Below, piece by piece: positions 62,412 to 64,000 of a DNA stretch of 64,000 nucleotides. Location: assembly GCA_964106915.2 (NCBI GenBank), contig OZ066916.1; one strand, given 5' to 3'. Position numbers and translations under genes: made by a program. The notes under the pieces were generated by a model that did no database searches, had not been told where the DNA came from, and was given only the letters and a program-made list of their open reading frames with translations. This DNA comes from Podarcis gaigeae. Taxonomy: Eukaryota. Every line of letters starts with the position of its first letter. Position 1 is the first letter of the stretch.

Positions 62412-63787
62412 GCATTGGGAAGCCTCCAGAGGGGCGCGCGAGGGAGCGCTGCCGAAACTGGGTCTTTGACCCGGGTGAAATAAAGCCTAGTTTGGCCCCT
62501 GCCCAAAGTATCCCTAGACATATACAATGTGCCACTGAAAGGAAAGGCTGAAGAGAGAAGAAAGGTTGCCACTGTGTGTCTCCCTGCTAGAACAATGCAG
62601 CTGTCTCCCTGCGAGGGGAAAGTGGTGAGAAAGGAAGAGGCGAAGCGAGTCGAACTCCATGGCTTCCGCCCGCTTGTGCCCTAGGATTTATCCCCGTAGA
62701 GGCAACGGGGAAAGTGGACTCCTATTTCCACCAACAGGACGCCTAGGCAGGACCCAGCGGCCTGCGGTTAGGCTGCTCCACCGAAGAACCTTTAACGCAG
62801 CCGCTCTTCGCTTTCGGGGTAGAAAAGCCCTGATTAGGACCGCGCGGGAAGAGGGAGCGCCCGCAATTGCCTCGTGAAGAAACCAAAGTGAACAGCTATG
62901 CTTTTGGAGAACGCTGCAGAACAGTCATCTACAAGCTCGTCTACGGGCCTGTGCCTTCTCTGAAGGTCTAGCTCTCCTGGCTTTTTTCAGACTGCGAGCT
63001 GAGGGCTCAGCCTGACTGAGACCCGCTCCCTGCTCATAGAAAAGGAGGGCGTGAGGGAGCGGGGAACACTAGACCACTTCTCCCGGGCCTCTAGCCTTCT
63101 GCGTGCAGGATCCATCCATTGACTTGATGATGGACAAGCATTCCATCAGTTAGGCCTCCACCTGGTGCAGCCCAGACACGGGTCTACAGCCTCAGCCCTG
63201 GAAAGATGGGAAATGCACGCCTTTATCTTCCTCACACTCCTTAGGCTAAAAACAAAGAAGCGCAAGAGCCCAGCAAAGGGTGTCGCTCCTCACAGCGGCA
63301 GATCCATTCCGCACCATATACCGGTAGTTAAAGCACATTCGATGCACGTGTAAGGCGCATGGCCTCGCCCCCAAAACAATCATGGAAGCGCTTTCAATGT
63401 ATGGCGCGCTTTTGCACTAAATCCCATAGGAGGCGGGGTGTTTATAATCCTCGCAACACTACCCAAAAAATTGAAATAATCCCCTTCCATGAGACACAGG
63501 CGCAACTCATCTTGGCCAAGCTCGTGTCCAGAATCTACCCGGGAAGCGAAAGGATTCTGTATGTCTCTGGTGGCGCAGCGCACACCTCAGAATGAGTCCA
63601 CCTTGATGCGCGGGCCGAGTCCTGAACCGCAACGTGCATCCAGCTACAGAAAAGGGAAAGTGGGCGAGAAAGGGAAAGAGATCCTGGAAGAAAAAGGATA
63701 GGAGGACAGCCAGGCACTCCGAAGCAGTCCCTCAAAGGCTCTGACGCACAGCAGCATCTGCTGCCCTTTGCCTACCTATAGCCAGTC

Positions 63788-64000
63788 GCTTTTGAATTAT
63801 GGTGCTGGAGGAGACTCCCATGGACTGCAAGAAGATCAAACCTCTCCATTCTGAAGGAAATCAGCCCTGAGTGCTCACTGGAAGGACAGATCGTGAAGCT
63901 GAGGCTCCAGTACTTTGGCCACCTCATGAGAAGAGAAGACTCCCTGGAAAAGACCCTGGTGTTGGGAAAGATGGAGGGCACAAGGAGAAGGGGACGACAG
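63788..64000 (+). mobile_element. Bov-B / RTE LINE 3' fragment, 5'-truncated, runs off the window
   Basis: Encodes AFELWCWRRL then, after a small deletion, PWTARRSNLSILKEISPECSLEGQIVKLRLQYFGHLMRREDSLEKTLVLGKMEGTRRRGRQ, the RTE/Bov-B ORF C-terminus. Confidence 0.92.

Larger units (their letters stand above)
58530..62900. promoter_or_regulatory. COL12A1: CpG island / COL12A1 promoter region (core ~59980-61050)
   Basis: Abrupt rise in GC and CpG density relative to the CpG-depleted introns; GC boxes; upstream of exon 2; boundaries approximate. Confidence 0.88.

Overview
Vertebrate genomic DNA, not prokaryotic. The window holds the 5' part of the collagen type XII alpha-1 gene (COL12A1) on the minus strand. 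It runs from a CpG-island promoter region (~58.5-63 kb) through a probable non-coding first exon and 30 coding exons (numbered 2-31 here) and continues off the left edge. All coding exons have GT-AG boundaries with consistent phases. They join into an uninterrupted 5400-nt / 1800-codon frame: signal peptide, FN3, vWA1, FN3, vWA2, six FN3, vWA3, four FN3, a 27-nt linker exon and the start of another FN3. The repeats (Sauria SINEs, a Squam3-like SINE, a Bov-B/RTE LINE end, CR1/L2 fragments, many TA-target and 8-bp-target MITEs) indicate a squamate, most likely a lacertid lizard (inference). Almost all other ORFs in the track are spurious. I found no convincing wholly new biological system. The best leads are a candidate in-frame 21-nt microexon before the short-isoform acceptor, a BRE+TATA core promoter facing away from COL12A1, a nested MITE cluster, and a hairpin in intron 2 whose arms carry splice-donor consensus sequences. 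Exon numbering and comparisons to human/chicken come from my recollection of the orthologue, not from an alignment.
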